Positions 31,019-43,901 of a stretch of 64,000 bases of DNA are shown piece by piece. Made by a program: the position numbers and the translations under genes. Numbering within the stretch: the first letter of the stretch is position 1; each line of letters begins with the position of its first letter. Source of the stretch: an uncultured virus (IMG/VR IMGVR_UViG_3300022858_001422) (lineage: Duplodnaviria > Heunggongvirae > Uroviricota > Caudoviricetes); the IMG/VR virus record IMGVR_UViG_3300022858_001422; one strand, 5' to 3'. Under the pieces are notes generated by a model. That model ran no database searches. It saw only the letters and a program-made list of their open reading frames with translations, and was not told the origin of the DNA.

Positions 31019-34000
31019 AAAGTCAAAAAATATTCACCCAACAATTTCAATCCATTTCTAACCTGTTCTGTTTCTTCTTTATTCCATTTGCGAAGTCCTT
31101 CATCTCTAATAATAAAATCTAAAGCCAAGATAATTTTATCACAAATTTCTTCATTGTAAGTATATTTAAAAACTCTTAATCTAGAAGCAATGAATTTTGC
31201 CATAGTTATATCAAAAGACCAGCTTTCGCTATCATCAAAACCTCTATCAATTCTTTGTTTAGAAAATTCAGGTTCTCTATCATCATCTTTATCTGTATTA
31301 GAAAAATTGATATTTGGGATTCCGAGATATTTAGGATCGTTACTCATTTTAACTCCAAGTCCTATGATTTTCTGCAACCCATTCTCCACCAGAATCATCA
31401 GATTGAATAATCCAATCTACACCGTCTGGAATTTCAACAATTTTGAATGGTGCATATTCGCCTTTATCAAGATTAAGTTCTTCAACAACTTGAATCAATG
31501 CCGGATTGTTTCTTTCGATAGAATCTATGTCAAAATACCCATCTTCTATTTCATTATCTGAAATAAGAAATTTAAGTTTTTTTGTATAATAATTAAAGCG
31601 TATCCAATCTCTATCTTTACCAGGTATCTTGTCCGATGGTTTATACGTGTATATGAGTGAATCACCTTCTAAAACAGAATCATATTCGTATCTATACAAT
31701 TTTATTTCTTTTATTTCAGCATATTTCATCAATGCTTTATCAGTTAAAAAAAACAATAAACCATCGTGAAATCTATTTATTACAATCTTCATTTTTTCTC
31801 CAATTATTTTAATAAAATTCTACATCGTTTTCATCAAATTTATCGTTCCAGTAAAGTATATTGGAATAAATATTGCTCAAACTAATTTCTGAAGAAATTT
31901 TCTTAGAAATATATGCTTTATGATATTTATAACCACGAGATGTAATATTATCAATAAGAGCAATATATTTTACTCCGCCCTCTAATATTATTTTATATGA
32001 TGAATTAGATGTCCAAATATTTTTTATTTTATCATCTGGAATATCTTTAATTAATTTTAAAAGAAATTCTCGTGATTCATCTAGTGTTTTACCGAAAACT
32101 GCAATTGTATAATCCATTTTTTATCTCCAAAAACCGCATAAAAGCACAATTTTATGTTATTTTATTATTTACTCCAAAATATTTCAAAAACTACATCAAA
32201 TCTTTTTTCATAAACTCTTTCTTTTTTAAATGCTAGTCTATAGCGAAATCCATTCATTTCATAATTAGCCATAAAAAATTTGCAATAAAAAATAAATGTT
32301 TTTAATGTTTCAACACCATTTATCTCGCCATTCTTAATGGTAAACAAATGTGAACAACTATATTTACCGGCTTTTGCAGCAGATTTAATTTCTTGATCTA
32401 TTTCTTTTTCTTGACCGTTTTGCCAATCTTTCCAATTCCCACCTGATTTAAAAGTTAAAATTTTCATATCTTTTGCAGTAATCATTATTCCATCCTTATT
32501 TTGATAAAATAAAATCAATATTATTTAACCCAAGCATCTCAAAATAATCCATTTCTTCTTCACTAAACTCAATAACTTTTCCTTCTTTTGTCCAAATGAT
32601 GTCTCTAAAATCAAGACGATTTATTGCTGTTCTAGCGTTCATAATTTCTATGGTTTCTTCAATTGAAACAGTGTTTGATCTAGATGGCATATCTTTTGGA
32701 CTTTCATATAGTTTAGTACATGTCAAATATATAGTCTTCATTTTTTTCCTTTTTAAAATCGCATAAAACTACAATTTTATGCTTTTATTTTAATTTTCGA
32801 CAGAACTTATTATGCTTATTGATAATATTTCGTTCTATCTCATAATGCATTTTATCAAGTATTTCTACACCTTTCGTCCTATATACGCAATTTGATTTCA
32901 TGCAAAATACACTCCACTCATTCAGGTCGTTATTCCATGAAGCCCTGCATTCACTACCGCAAATAGGGCACGCCTCAATCACCGGCTCTGGTGGCTCTGG
33001 AACTTCTGGCATCTGGAACTCTGACGCTGGGAGCCAGAGGACGCGCGACCACCACTCGGTGTCGGTAATGTCCGAATCTGCGCTCCAGTAAATGCTACCC
33101 GTTGGGTTGTTCTTTGCTTTCCAACGAAACCCGCCTGCCTTGTCTAACGTACACACAGACTCCCACTGTTCCACAGCCCCATCCCGCCACACAACAGATT
33201 TTGGTTCAACATACTTTTGAAGTTTTTCAACAGTGCTTTCAAAAAACCATTGATTATCATTCATGCAGTAAGGAATTTCTGGATCATTTTCTTCGACATC
33301 CATGATTTCGACAACAAATTTATCTCCAATATTGTACTTCATTTTATTTCTCCTTTTTTAAAATCTCATAAAACAACTATTTTATTCTGTTTTTATTTTT
33401 TTTCGATTAGGTCTTTTACATCACGATAAACCATAGCACAAAATAAAGAAATAGTTCCACATAATGTAAAAGCCTGGCTCCATTCATTAGATCCATTGCG
33501 AGATATAATAAAACCAAGAACAAAACAAATTATACAATATGCATGATATTTATTCATTTAAATCTCCTGTTATATTATTTTTATCTGTAACAATTGTTCC
33601 ACCTGGATGAAAATGTACACCATCTGGAATATTGAGTGGATTATTTCTATCTAACATATTTTTCACTATTGTAGAATAATCCTCGTAATTTCCTAAAACT
33701 TTTCTAGCTTTTTCCACTTCAGATGAGTGTAATCCGTTCTCATCTATAATTTTTAGCAATGTGAATATAACGTTTTTCATTTCATCTTTTTCAATAGCAA
33801 AATCCCAATTTGCTTCTTTAGCATTTTCAAGATCTGCTGGAAGATAAGGAATTCCATCAACAAGTTTATCTGCATATTGTCGAAAAGATTCTAAGGCATG
33901 ACGCAACTCGTTATTTTCTTCTTTTAAGTTATCAAATTCTTTGACAATTTTAAAAAGCTTCATTGTTTCTGTATATGTATCTTTAGCTTTACCAGAATGA

Positions 34001-37000
34001 TTCTCTAAAACTTTTACCAGTCCTATCATTTCATCATCGTGAAGAACAAGATTATCTTCTCTTTCAATAGAATTTTTCATATCTAGAATAAATATATTTA
34101 AGTTATTTTCCATTTTTATTCCACCATCCATCTTTTACCTCTATAACTGCCGTACCATAAGGTTTATCCTCAAACTCATCAAATCCACAAATTTCACCAT
34201 CAAAATAAATTTCTCCGTATTTATGGTTTCCTTCACTCGATGGATTTTCACACATTTTTGTTCCAATAAAATCTCCAGAATTCATATCTGGGCGAAAATC
34301 TGTGATTAAAAATGCAAAAGTATTGCCAATATACCATGATTCATTATTTGGTTTTACCTTATAAACAACAACTTCCTGTTTCATTTCCACTCCTTCATTA
34401 TATCATAAAATGGATATTTTATGTGAAAATTAATGCATTAAAAACAATAAATCCATAAAGCAATTAAGACACCTATAAAAAATAAAAGAAAAGACGGTGC
34501 AAAAATTATCATTCCTGTATTTCTGGTTTCTTCTTTATCAGATTCAATAAATATCAATCCAATAATTAAATTAATTATTGCTATTATAAAAAGTGTCTGT
34601 ATAAAATTCATTGTTCACTCACAATATTCACAATCTGGATTCACACATTGCCATTTTCCAGGACGAACGATCTGCATTTGTTTTCCGCAAAATCCACACC
34701 AAGCAGGTAAATCATCTTCGTCAATATATGATATGTCTTTAGATGGATAGACCAGAATTTTATTGCCAATAGACAAAACTATATCTTCTGAGAATTTATC
34801 GCAAATATAATTTTCAAGTTCTTCAATTCGTTTTTGCATCCTGTCAAATTCTTCGAGAATTGATTTTCCAATAGCTTCCACGTTTTCTTTTGCACCAGGT
34901 TTAGCCAACATTGCTTGAAAAGTTTCGTTAGCATAACTATATAATTTCGCTCTAAGTTCTTCTTTGTTCATCATTCATAATCCTGTTTGATATATTCATC
35001 GCAAATAAAATTAGCTTCTACTTTATGTTCATCCATCCAACGCGACAATTTTTTATGATGTGGCAGAGTATTCTCTCCATTATCGCTTGCCATTGCCCAA
35101 TTTGCATATAGTTTCTCGTATTCTCCACGACAACCTTTTTCACAAAAGAACTCTGGCCAGTCTAACCAATGTTCAGGCGTATGGGGATGTTTGCAATTAG
35201 CACAGCTGTTCAGTTTATGGTAATTAATTTTCATTTAGTTTATCCACCAGTCCTTTTATTATAACACCTATTTCAACACCAACAATAATCCACAAAAAAA
35301 TTGCAATCATTATTATCTCCTTCAATCAAAAATAATGAGTATTAACGTCTGGCCATAGTTCGACTTCAGCACAATCAAATAATTGAACTTTGTCACCCTT
35401 TTTTACTTCTGGTTTTGGATGCCCTGCCGGTTTGCCGTCTAGCGAAGGAATTCTTCTTACTCTGACATCTATATAATTTAACTCAGCATCACGACATACC
35501 TTGCTCTTAGCTTTGCCAGCAGTAGTTGCATATACAACTGTGCCAAATCCATCGGTTCGCCTACTAACATTCCATGCCTTCATTTCATTCTCCTAATCCA
35601 GGAACTGATATCCCGTGATTGCTACTCTGGCATTTAGTTCCTTGGAAGCCAATTTCTCGTATTCCTTAATGCATTCCGCTGTTACTTTTCTATACTTCTT
35701 ATCCGTAATGATACGACCTGATCCCCAGCAATCTTCTTTAATTTCTAGACAATAAGAAAATAAGACTCGCTTTGGCAAAATTAGCATTTCACTCTCCTTT
35801 AACTACTTCCTTTTTGGAAACTGTTCAGTGAGCATAGTCCCTCTTATGCACACTATAAAACTAATAAAATCAATGTTTTATGTGATTTATAAACTTTCTG
35901 AAATCTCTGCTATTCAATTCTTGGATGCTGAGATAATCAATTTAGTTATTACGTTATCAAGTTCTTCTTTAGCTTTTTTGACTTCTTCAGCAGCCCAATT
36001 ATATTTCTCTACATGATGAATATGATAGAACTCTTCCTGCTTTGCTCGCCAGTTTCCATATTTTATAATTAGTCCGCTAAAATATTCTTGCATACTGGCT
36101 AATCTTTGATCCATTGCTGAAAATTTATCTTCGTAGTCTAACATTTTTCAATCTTCCTTTTTTATTTCAATAAAATATAATTCCAATACTCTTTTTAATA
36201 TTGTTGTTTTCATCAAGAGACATAACATAAAAGTTAGGACGTTTATTAGATAATCCGAAAATATATTGCATTCTGTCTAAAAATTTTTCATCGTCAAGTA
36301 TTTCTTTTCCCATAAAAAACTCTTGTTTTGTCCTGGTATCAATAAGATACATCTCGTCATTTAAATTCATCAATAAATTCTTTGCTTTTTTATCACAAAT
36401 AAAAAATGTTTCTGCTTTATCGTTCCATTCCCATATCGTTTTTAACATAGATCGAACACCATCTCTTGTAAAACCAAGCAATATTAAAAAAGGTGTGCAA
36501 TGCTCTATATTAGATATAACTTCAGCAATATTTTTCATTCAAAACTCCTTTTAAAAACAACATAAAACGTGTATTTTATGTGATCTAAGCGTTTTTATCT
36601 TTCTTACCAAATAAGTGTTTCAGAAACCAGTTTAAACCTCGTGGTAACGATATTTCATTGATTGGAGGTTCAACCAAGCGCAACTTATTCAAGGTTTTTT
36701 CTGATACAAAAGCACCGTTATCCATTCTATAAGGACGATTATCATTTAAACTATCATGAGTAATTTCAAGAATAAATGCTTTATCATTCTTTTCTACTAC
36801 AAACTTTTGTCCTACTTTATATTTACACATTTAATCCTCCAGAACAGCTTGATCAATTATTTTATTCATAACATCTCTCACAAAATCTTTAGTCATAAAT
36901 TCTGTTTCTAAAGAAATCTTGCCACTTTTATCTGTGTTAAAAACAATTACACCAAACCCTTTTCCATATCCCCAATGAATACGAAAATGTTGATTTGGCG

Positions 37001-37091
37001 TTCCTCCTACATGTTCAATATAATCATGATCTTTTTTCATTCTCATACTCCTTAAAATCACATAAAATGTTGTTTTTATGCTTAAGCGCAT
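31009..37091 (-). other. Accessory tract 2a: small hypothetical ORFs
   Basis: About 20 short - strand ORFs, many separated by palindromic sites. Confidence 0.7.
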
Positions 37092-37140
37092 AAAATCTTC
37101 CTTTTATCGTATTTTGAATATATTTTATACTTACATTTCG

Positions 37141-37675
37141 TCATTCAGGATTTGAACCTGTTGCGAACATTTCACACGCTACTGGCTGCCTGGCTAACTG
37201 GCTATCCCGTTCTAACTTATTAGTATGAACGCTCCCATCTATCAGATGCCCTTCCGCCGAAAAGTATTTCGCTTGAAGCCTCAGCACGTTCCCACCGCGC
37301 AGATGACGAATCGTAGTCTTTCCCACTGTCACGTCTTTTGCCTGCCTAGACCAATAACGGATTTGAACCGCACCTCTTCTCTCCAGACCTCTACGAATGA
37401 GCAGGAATCGAACCTGCCTTTGAGCGCGTAAGTGGAGTCGAACCACCATGGTCTTGCCAGACTCAATCGGGAACACCAGATTGTAGAGGAATCGAACCTC
37501 AATAGTCTTACCCATAACACGCGCTTATTTCACCATCTGGGATTCAAACCCAGTTGTCTGCTACTCGTGGCGATACCACATCTTCGCAGAACATTATTAT
37601 CTTAAGCGCAACCCTCACATTGCTGATGGCGAATCTCAGGAACCAGCGACCATATTCATGGGTGGCTCCTTCATC
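37141..37675 (-). ncRNA. Candidate large structured RNA with six T-arm-like hairpins
   Basis: GC-richer non-coding island downstream of a consensus promoter. GTT(C/T)RA(A/T/C)TC loops closed by stems at 37146, 37358, 37401, 37432, 37486 and 37537. Confidence 0.65.
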
Positions 37676-37679
37676 TATA

Positions 37680-37708
37680 ATATTACCACGTTATAATAAA
37701 AAAAGCAA
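37680..37708 (-). promoter_or_regulatory. Sigma70-type promoter driving the candidate ncRNA
   Basis: TTGCTT-17 nt-TAATAT with TG extension. Confidence 0.7.
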
Positions 37709-37864
37709 GGTTTTTACCTTAAAATATCATCGCTTATTTTTCAATTCCTCAATCTCATCATTCAAAAATATGTTCTTCAAAAGAACTGCTCCGTATCTTT
37801 GCAATAATATGAGATAAAGTCTTTTCATTTTATAAAATTTTTCTTGCCAGGTCATTTTTTACAC

Positions 37865-38626
37865 CTAAATCTTCCCGTCTAATCTTAATTGAGCAATCTC
37901 AATCCATTTCAATCCTTTAATCTGGATTCCATTAATAATCTTGTTTTTTTCACAGAGTCCATTGTCAATTCCTATGCTATGTCTTCCAGTGTTCTCGCAG
38001 GCAATAATTGTCGATCCAGAACCACAGGTGAAATCTAAAACCAAATCATTTTTATTAGTATATGTTTTTATAAGATATTCCATAAGCCTTATAGGTTTTT
38101 GAGTTGAATGAAATTCTGCTTTAATATCCACGTCAAATTTTAAAACACTTCTTGGATATCTTGTAGTTATGTCATTTCTTTTAGAGGATTTTACATCTCC
38201 ATAACATTCTCCGCTATCACCACTTTTATGATTATTGCTATAAGCAATACCCTCTCCAAAAATAGGATTATAGACAGGAAGTTTTTTATAAAAAATAACT
38301 ATATCTTCGTGCGCCCTCATATGCATTCTGTTAGCATTGAGATGTCCAGTAGATTTATTCTTTTCCCACACTAAAGATTGTTTATACATGTTTAAATTCG
38401 ATGTTATTAAGACAGAAGTAAACGGTTGACTTGCGGTCATTACAATTGCGCCTCTTGGCTTAACAATTCTTTTTAACTGTTTCCACATTTTATCAAGATT
38501 AATTACAGAGTCCCACTTACACTGCGTAGTTCCATAGGGAGGGTCTGCTAATACCATATCAACAGATTTATCTGGGACATCTTTCATTATTTCTAAACAA
38601 TTACCAAAAATCAACTTGTGTTCCAT
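37865..38626 (-). CDS. DNA methyltransferase (N4-C/N6-A, beta class)
   Basis: DPPYG before HSTQKP and VLDFTCGSGS. Confidence 0.9.
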   Translation of the reverse strand: MEHKLIFGNCLEIMKDVPDKSVDMVLADPPYGTTQCKWDSVINLDKMWKQLKRIVKPRGAIVMTASQPFTSVLITSNLNMYKQSLVWEKNKSTGHLNANRMHMRAHEDIVIFYKKLPVYNPIFGEGIAYSNNHKSGDSGECYGDVKSSKRNDITTRYPRSVLKFDVDIKAEFHSTQKPIRLMEYLIKTYTNKNDLVLDFTCGSGSTIIACENTGRHSIGIDNGLCEKNKIINGIQIKGLKWIEIAQLRLDGKI

Positions 38627-39733
38627 TTTTATCCTTTAAAACATCATAAAATCTTATTTTTATGCGACTATTCTTTTTCCATTAATTGTTTGTATTCTAG
38701 AAAATCCTGAAACAACATTCTCTTAGAAAGATAATCCCAACTTACGACTCGATCAATCTCTTCAATAACAACACTTTTGGCTAGTAAATCTATAGTGATA
38801 TTTTTAGCAAGAGCTAAATCTGTTTCATAAGTAGCATATTCTCTTAGATAATCTTCTTTATATTTTTCTGAAAGCTCAACTATCAAGGCTGCGCATTTTT
38901 CATCTTCTGCATAAAGAATATAAGAAAAAGGAATAGATACAGGATAGCTAAATTGTGATTCTCTTAGAAATTTTCTTTCCACACAAATATATGTTGCTTT
39001 AATAGTAGCTTCGTAAATCTTTTTCATAAATCAAACCCTAGAAACGTAATACAGTACCTTGAATTACCATAAGAATAGGTGATTCCAGAAGAACAATTAT
39101 TTGCTTTTTCTAAAGTTAAAAATGTTTCACACACTTCAGAGTACCACTCCAAATATTTATTTCTTTTTTCTAATTTTTCAATTTTCCCAGCCAACATGTC
39201 ATTCTCATAATTTAGATCTTCAACAAGTTCTTCTAGTTTCCATTTTTTCACTTTGAAACCTCGCAATCTCCATAATCTTTAGTTTTTCGTTGTCCGCTCC
39301 AATCAGTACGATTACTGATCTGAGGATAAGCCTCAACAATCACCCAATCGCTAAACCAAAATCCTTCTCGATCCTCCATTTGGAAACCCTTTTCTTTAGT
39401 AGCATAAATCTCTGGTATCCAATTCACCGTTTCAATATAGCAATCTTTTAGATATCGCCTTAAAACACACTGGTAATACTTGTCCATGATTCATATTCCT
39501 TCTGTCGCCTTTAAAACAACATAAAATGCTGCTTTTATTGTTTTTTAACTTTTATATAAATTTTAAAACCTTTGATTGACATTTGTGAATAATCCCCAGT
39601 TTCTAATGAAAAAGGAAATTTATAGTCAGTTACCCAAACTTGATTATCTTCAACTCTCTCAACTTCTTGAAATCTTTCAGACTTCAAACCCATATAATTT
39701 TTATAAACTTTAATTTTATCCCCAAATTCCATC

Positions 39734-40618
39734 TCAACTCCCTGGTGCTGCCTGTGCCATTAATGCACCATCTGCAATGTCTGCTCTGGCAGCTCGTAAA
39801 TATAAATTCGTAGTAGTAATATTCTCATGCCCTACAGCCTTTTGAATCTGGAATGCACTCACCTGGTTTCTAGCAAGATCACAGGCGAATGTCCTGCGCA
39901 TTGTGTGACATGAAATACCCTCAATTCGTTTCTCGTCAATACCAGCCAATCCTGCTGCCTTCTTTACACCCTGTCGGATCGCTTCAGCAGATACCTTATG
40001 CCAATGTCCTGACGAACTCCCAAATCCCTTTTGGGAACAAAACAGATATTCAAAATTAGTTCCACGTTTTTCTAAATATTCTTTGATAAGATTCTGAACA
40101 TATTCGTTGATTGCTAGAATCCGTTCTTTGTTTCCCTTACCATGGACAAGAAGTTTTCCATCGGAAATATCTTCAAGTTTGATATTGGTAACTTCTTCAC
40201 GGCGAAGTCCGGTATAAAGCAATATCGCCATGATCAATTTCAGTTTCAAATTATTGCCACAAGCAAGAATAATATTATCACGCTCATTTTGAGTCAGGAT
40301 CACAGGAATTGTTTTTGGTTCTTTGAAATTTTTGATACCTGAAGCAGAATTATTCTCAATGAATTCATTTGCAACCATCCAGTTAAAGAAAACTCGTATA
40401 ATCCGTAGTCTAGCATTAACTGTAGACGCTTTATTTTCTTTGCTCATACCGCTGAGATAATTGCGAATATCCATGGTAGAAACATCTTCAAACGATTCAA
40501 GATTAACAATATTTAAACCGTTAAAAAATGACTCCAGGTTTGAACTATAAGACCGGATTGTATGTGAGCTTTTATCGTCTTTTGCTAACTCAATAAATTT
40601 TCGATATTCTGTAAACAT
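39734..40618 (-). CDS. Tyrosine recombinase (XerC/D-like with N-terminal core-binding domain)
   Basis: TGLRREE, HGKGNKER, HTMRR, GHENITTTNLY give a complete R-K-H-R-H-Y set. AGGAG RBS before MFTEY. Confidence 0.93.
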   Translation of the reverse strand: MFTEYRKFIELAKDDKSSHTIRSYSSNLESFFNGLNIVNLESFEDVSTMDIRNYLSGMSKENKASTVNARLRIIRVFFNWMVANEFIENNSASGIKNFKEPKTIPVILTQNERDNIILACGNNLKLKLIMAILLYTGLRREEVTNIKLEDISDGKLLVHGKGNKERILAINEYVQNLIKEYLEKRGTNFEYLFCSQKGFGSSSGHWHKVSAEAIRQGVKKAAGLAGIDEKRIEGISCHTMRRTFACDLARNQVSAFQIQKAVGHENITTTNLYLRAARADIADGALMAQAAPGS

Positions 40619-40653
40619 TTCATGTCTCCTTGTGATTATCTTTTGATAATTAA

Positions 40654-40682
40654 ATAATAACACAAAAAGTTTATTATGTCAA
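40654..40682 (-). promoter_or_regulatory. Sigma70-type promoter of the recombinase
   Basis: TTGACA-17 nt-TATTAT with TG extension. Confidence 0.75.
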
Positions 40683-41248
40683 TAGTAGAATAGAATTCCA
40701 ATTTTATGCGGTTTCTAATCCGATTTCTTGTGCCAGATATTCAAAAATATGATGAGCGATAACAGTCTTCGCAGGATAATATTTTTCCGGTGCTTTAACA
40801 ATTTTAATAACATTACTCATTTGTCGTTTTTTAGCATCAAAAATTTTCAATCCAGGATTACTTATTACATTACAAATTGTCTCGGTAATAAAATATTGCA
40901 TATGAATATTGTAATCGTTAGAATTAAGCATAGTTAGCTTTACAGAAACAAATTTTCCCTCTTGTATATTCGATACGCTTCTATTATATAGTTCGGTTAC
41001 TTTCTGATCTCTAATTTTTATAGCCATATTTACTCCTTTTTTTATTTGAAAAATCACATAGAACTATTCTTTTATGTTATTTTCTGTTTTTGATTTTTTA
41101 TATCTTTCCAATTGATCTAGGGTGAGTACAATTCCATGCGTCATAATAAACAATGGATTTCCAAAGTCGTCCATTCCGGTACTTACAACCTCTAGATCCA
41201 TTTCTTTTACTACATCCATCAAATCTAAGTGCATTGATCTTCTATTAT

Positions 41249-41917
41249 TCATAAATTTTCCTTTTCAAGATATATTCTATCAATTATTACAGGATCATTT
41301 TTCATTTTATGTCGTTCATTCAATGAAGACGCATTTACATATTTTCCGGTAAAGTCAATTCCGTAGCTTTCATGAATATGTCCAAAAACATGCAGTTTCA
41401 AATTCTTTAGCTCTTGAACTCTTTCCAATAAGGAAACACTTCCGGTTCGGATGTCAGTCCATGTTTTATCTAGTATTGAAAATGGTGCACCATGGGTAAT
41501 AAGAATGTCTGTATCATCTGGAATTTTACTATAATACTCTTTGAGAATATCGTCAGACTCCATAAACGCCCAATTTCCAAATGGTAAAGAATATGGCGAT
41601 CCGAATATCTTAAGTCCTTCAATTTCAACTGATTCGTTTACTAAAAAATAAGTGTTGTCGAACTTTTTAGAATATTTCAAAGTCTCTTTGTAGCTGAAAT
41701 CGTGATTTCCAAATGTGCACACCTTATATTTTATTGGCAATAAGTTCAACCAGTTGATAAAGCTAACACCATTATCAAAATGATTTGCTTGCAGGTCTCC
41801 AGCATACAACAACATATCTGCGCCAGAATCTATTAATTTTTGAGTAAGCTTCTTTGATTTGTGCTGCCCATGAGTATCTGAAATACAAACAATTTTCATT
41901 TTTTCTCCTTTTAGCAT
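41249..41917 (-). CDS. Metallophosphoesterase
   Basis: SDTH, AGD, GNHD, ITHG, FGHIHE. Confidence 0.9.
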   Translation of the reverse strand: MLKGEKMKIVCISDTHGQHKSKKLTQKLIDSGADMLLYAGDLQANHFDNGVSFINWLNLLPIKYKVCTFGNHDFSYKETLKYSKKFDNTYFLVNESVEIEGLKIFGSPYSLPFGNWAFMESDDILKEYYSKIPDDTDILITHGAPFSILDKTWTDIRTGSVSLLERVQELKNLKLHVFGHIHESYGIDFTGKYVNASSLNERHKMKNDPVIIDRIYLEKENL

Positions 41918-42064
41918 AAAACCATCATTTTATCAGTTTCTATAACCGCAATTAGAACAATACCAATCCCCGTTTCCATCCTGACTGAGGGGATAGTCAC
42001 ATGACGGACAACGGAACAACAAACCTTTTACAAAACTAATAATTTTATTCATTTTAAATCTCCT

Positions 42065-42397
42065 TTAAAATAGTATGGGATAATAATCTAAACTCAAAAA
42101 TGCTTCCTGAATTGAGTTTATGTCTGTAGTAGATAAATAATCTAAATTTGGTAATTCTGGTTCTTTTGGTAATTCTGAAACAATTAATTCTTGTATTTCT
42201 TCAATGGTAACAATATTGTCTTCGGTAACAAAAAATGTTCCTGGCAGTACAGGTCTTTCATAATGCGCCATGTGAAAATTATTGGCTTGAAAAATAATAT
42301 AATTGATTTTTTTTAAGCTTTCTGTTTTTGATCCAAGACCATTTCTAATGTAGTTTAAAACATGAATCGCTTTTTCCTCATCATAAAAAATTCTCAT
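42065..42397 (-). CDS. Degenerate Panacea/SocA (DUF4065)-like protein
   Basis: EKAIHVLNYI...LKKINYIIFQANNFHMAHYERPV...PNLDYLSTTDI resembles the DUF4065 pattern, but the GPV motif is absent. Confidence 0.45.
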   Translation of the reverse strand: MRIFYDEEKAIHVLNYIRNGLGSKTESLKKINYIIFQANNFHMAHYERPVLPGTFFVTEDNIVTIEEIQELIVSELPKEPELPNLDYLSTTDINSIQEAFLSLDYYPILF

Positions 42398-42924
42398 TCT
42401 TCTCCTTTAAATATTTTTGTAATTTCTCTTGTCCAATATGACAATACTCCTAAAAGGGTTATCGTAAAAACAATCTCTAAAATTGTCATACTGGAAAATG
42501 AATCGACAGATATTAAAAAAATCATACCCAATATAAGAGAACAGAGAATTCCTGTTATTGCAATTATACAAATTACGCATAATATGCCAAGAATAATATC
42601 TTTGATCTCTATAGAAATATTAGCTTCTATATTTTTTAAAAAATTCTTATTTAATGTGAAAAATATTGTCCCAATAATCGTTAAACATATAAGTATAATT
42701 CCTAAAATCATTTTTTATCCTTTCTAAAACATAATAAAAGCATTATTTTATGTGTTTTATCCCATATCTTTCTACGTAACACTTCTTGCACAAAAACGGC
42801 GCATTTCTTGTGATCGCACCATTATTACCATCAACCCTGATAAAAAGCTCTGAATCAGGCTTTTTAACACCACAATTCTCACATTTACCAGGACTTTTTC
42901 TAGGTTTATAGGAGTATTGTCTAC

Positions 42925-43872
42925 TCATTTTTGATCCTTATAAAATTCTTTATATTTTCTAGTCCACTCATAGCTATCTGAAAAAATTGAATTGATAGCC
43001 TTATACATTTTTGGTTCATATGTTTGAACTGCACGCAATTCTTTTTCAAAACCTCTTCCAAAAGGACATCCAATACATCCAGTTCTAGGAAGATCATAAT
43101 CCGTATAACATTTGCTATGATATATCTTCATTTCTTGATCATACATACTTTTCAATTCATTGTTCCACCAAAAAATAGGAAAATACATTCCATAACTCAA
43201 CGACTTGCTTTTAACAAAACAGTTTTTATATTGTCCAGCTCTAATGCCACCTTCTGATTTCCTAATACCTAATATCATCATATCGACATTATTTTCTTTA
43301 GCAAACTTTTTTACTGGAGTTTTCTTTGCGGAATTACAACACTTATTTGAAACTTTGAAAGGTAGACCATATTTGATCAAAAATTCTTTTAAGTATTTAT
43401 TTTGTTTTATATTGAATCTTCCAGGGCCATTTATATTGCACCACCATTTTATTGCAATCTGAGCATTTGGAAATTTTATCAAAAGTTCTTCTGGATCTTT
43501 TTTGTTATCTTCAAAAAAATCAAAATTGTGTCTTTGTAAACGATAAAGCATTTCACTAACAAACTTGCTGATAAAAGGACTTCCTGATTTAGAAATTGTT
43601 TGCCCAATAGATTTTTTTGGTTTTATTGTAGTTATATGAAATCCTTCATTTATCATTTTTTCAACATGATCTTTTGTTGCTAGATATTCTAATCCTGTAT
43701 CAAAAAATACGGCAGGAACAGAATATCCTTTGTTTCTCAACATCCACATGATCGTATCTGAATCTGATCCACCGCTATAGGAAACATAAACATTTTTATC
43801 TTTATATTCTTGCATAACAGAATCTAGTTTTGCATAAGCATCAACAACGTCTAAATTATCTTCTATATTCAT
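42925..43872 (-). CDS. PAPS reductase family protein
   Basis: SYSGGSDS PP-loop, FDTGLE, CC..KK, GIRKSE, RTGCIGCP. Confidence 0.85.
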   Translation of the reverse strand: MNIEDNLDVVDAYAKLDSVMQEYKDKNVYVSYSGGSDSDTIMWMLRNKGYSVPAVFFDTGLEYLATKDHVEKMINEGFHITTIKPKKSIGQTISKSGSPFISKFVSEMLYRLQRHNFDFFEDNKKDPEELLIKFPNAQIAIKWWCNINGPGRFNIKQNKYLKEFLIKYGLPFKVSNKCCNSAKKTPVKKFAKENNVDMMILGIRKSEGGIRAGQYKNCFVKSKSLSYGMYFPIFWWNNELKSMYDQEMKIYHSKCYTDYDLPRTGCIGCPFGRGFEKELRAVQTYEPKMYKAINSIFSDSYEWTRKYKEFYKDQK

Positions 43873-43901
43873 ATTTTCCTTTTTAGCATAAAAAGCTCAT
43901 T

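Noticed and set aside
37141..37817. ORFs 37141-37515, 37225-37431, 37329-37520 and 37554-37817 as proteins
   Set aside because: No convincing RBS, atypical composition and mutually overlapping; better explained as open frames across a structured RNA.
39734..40618. Recombinase as proof of an integrated prophage with att sites
   Set aside because: No host genes, repressor or att duplication are visible in the window.
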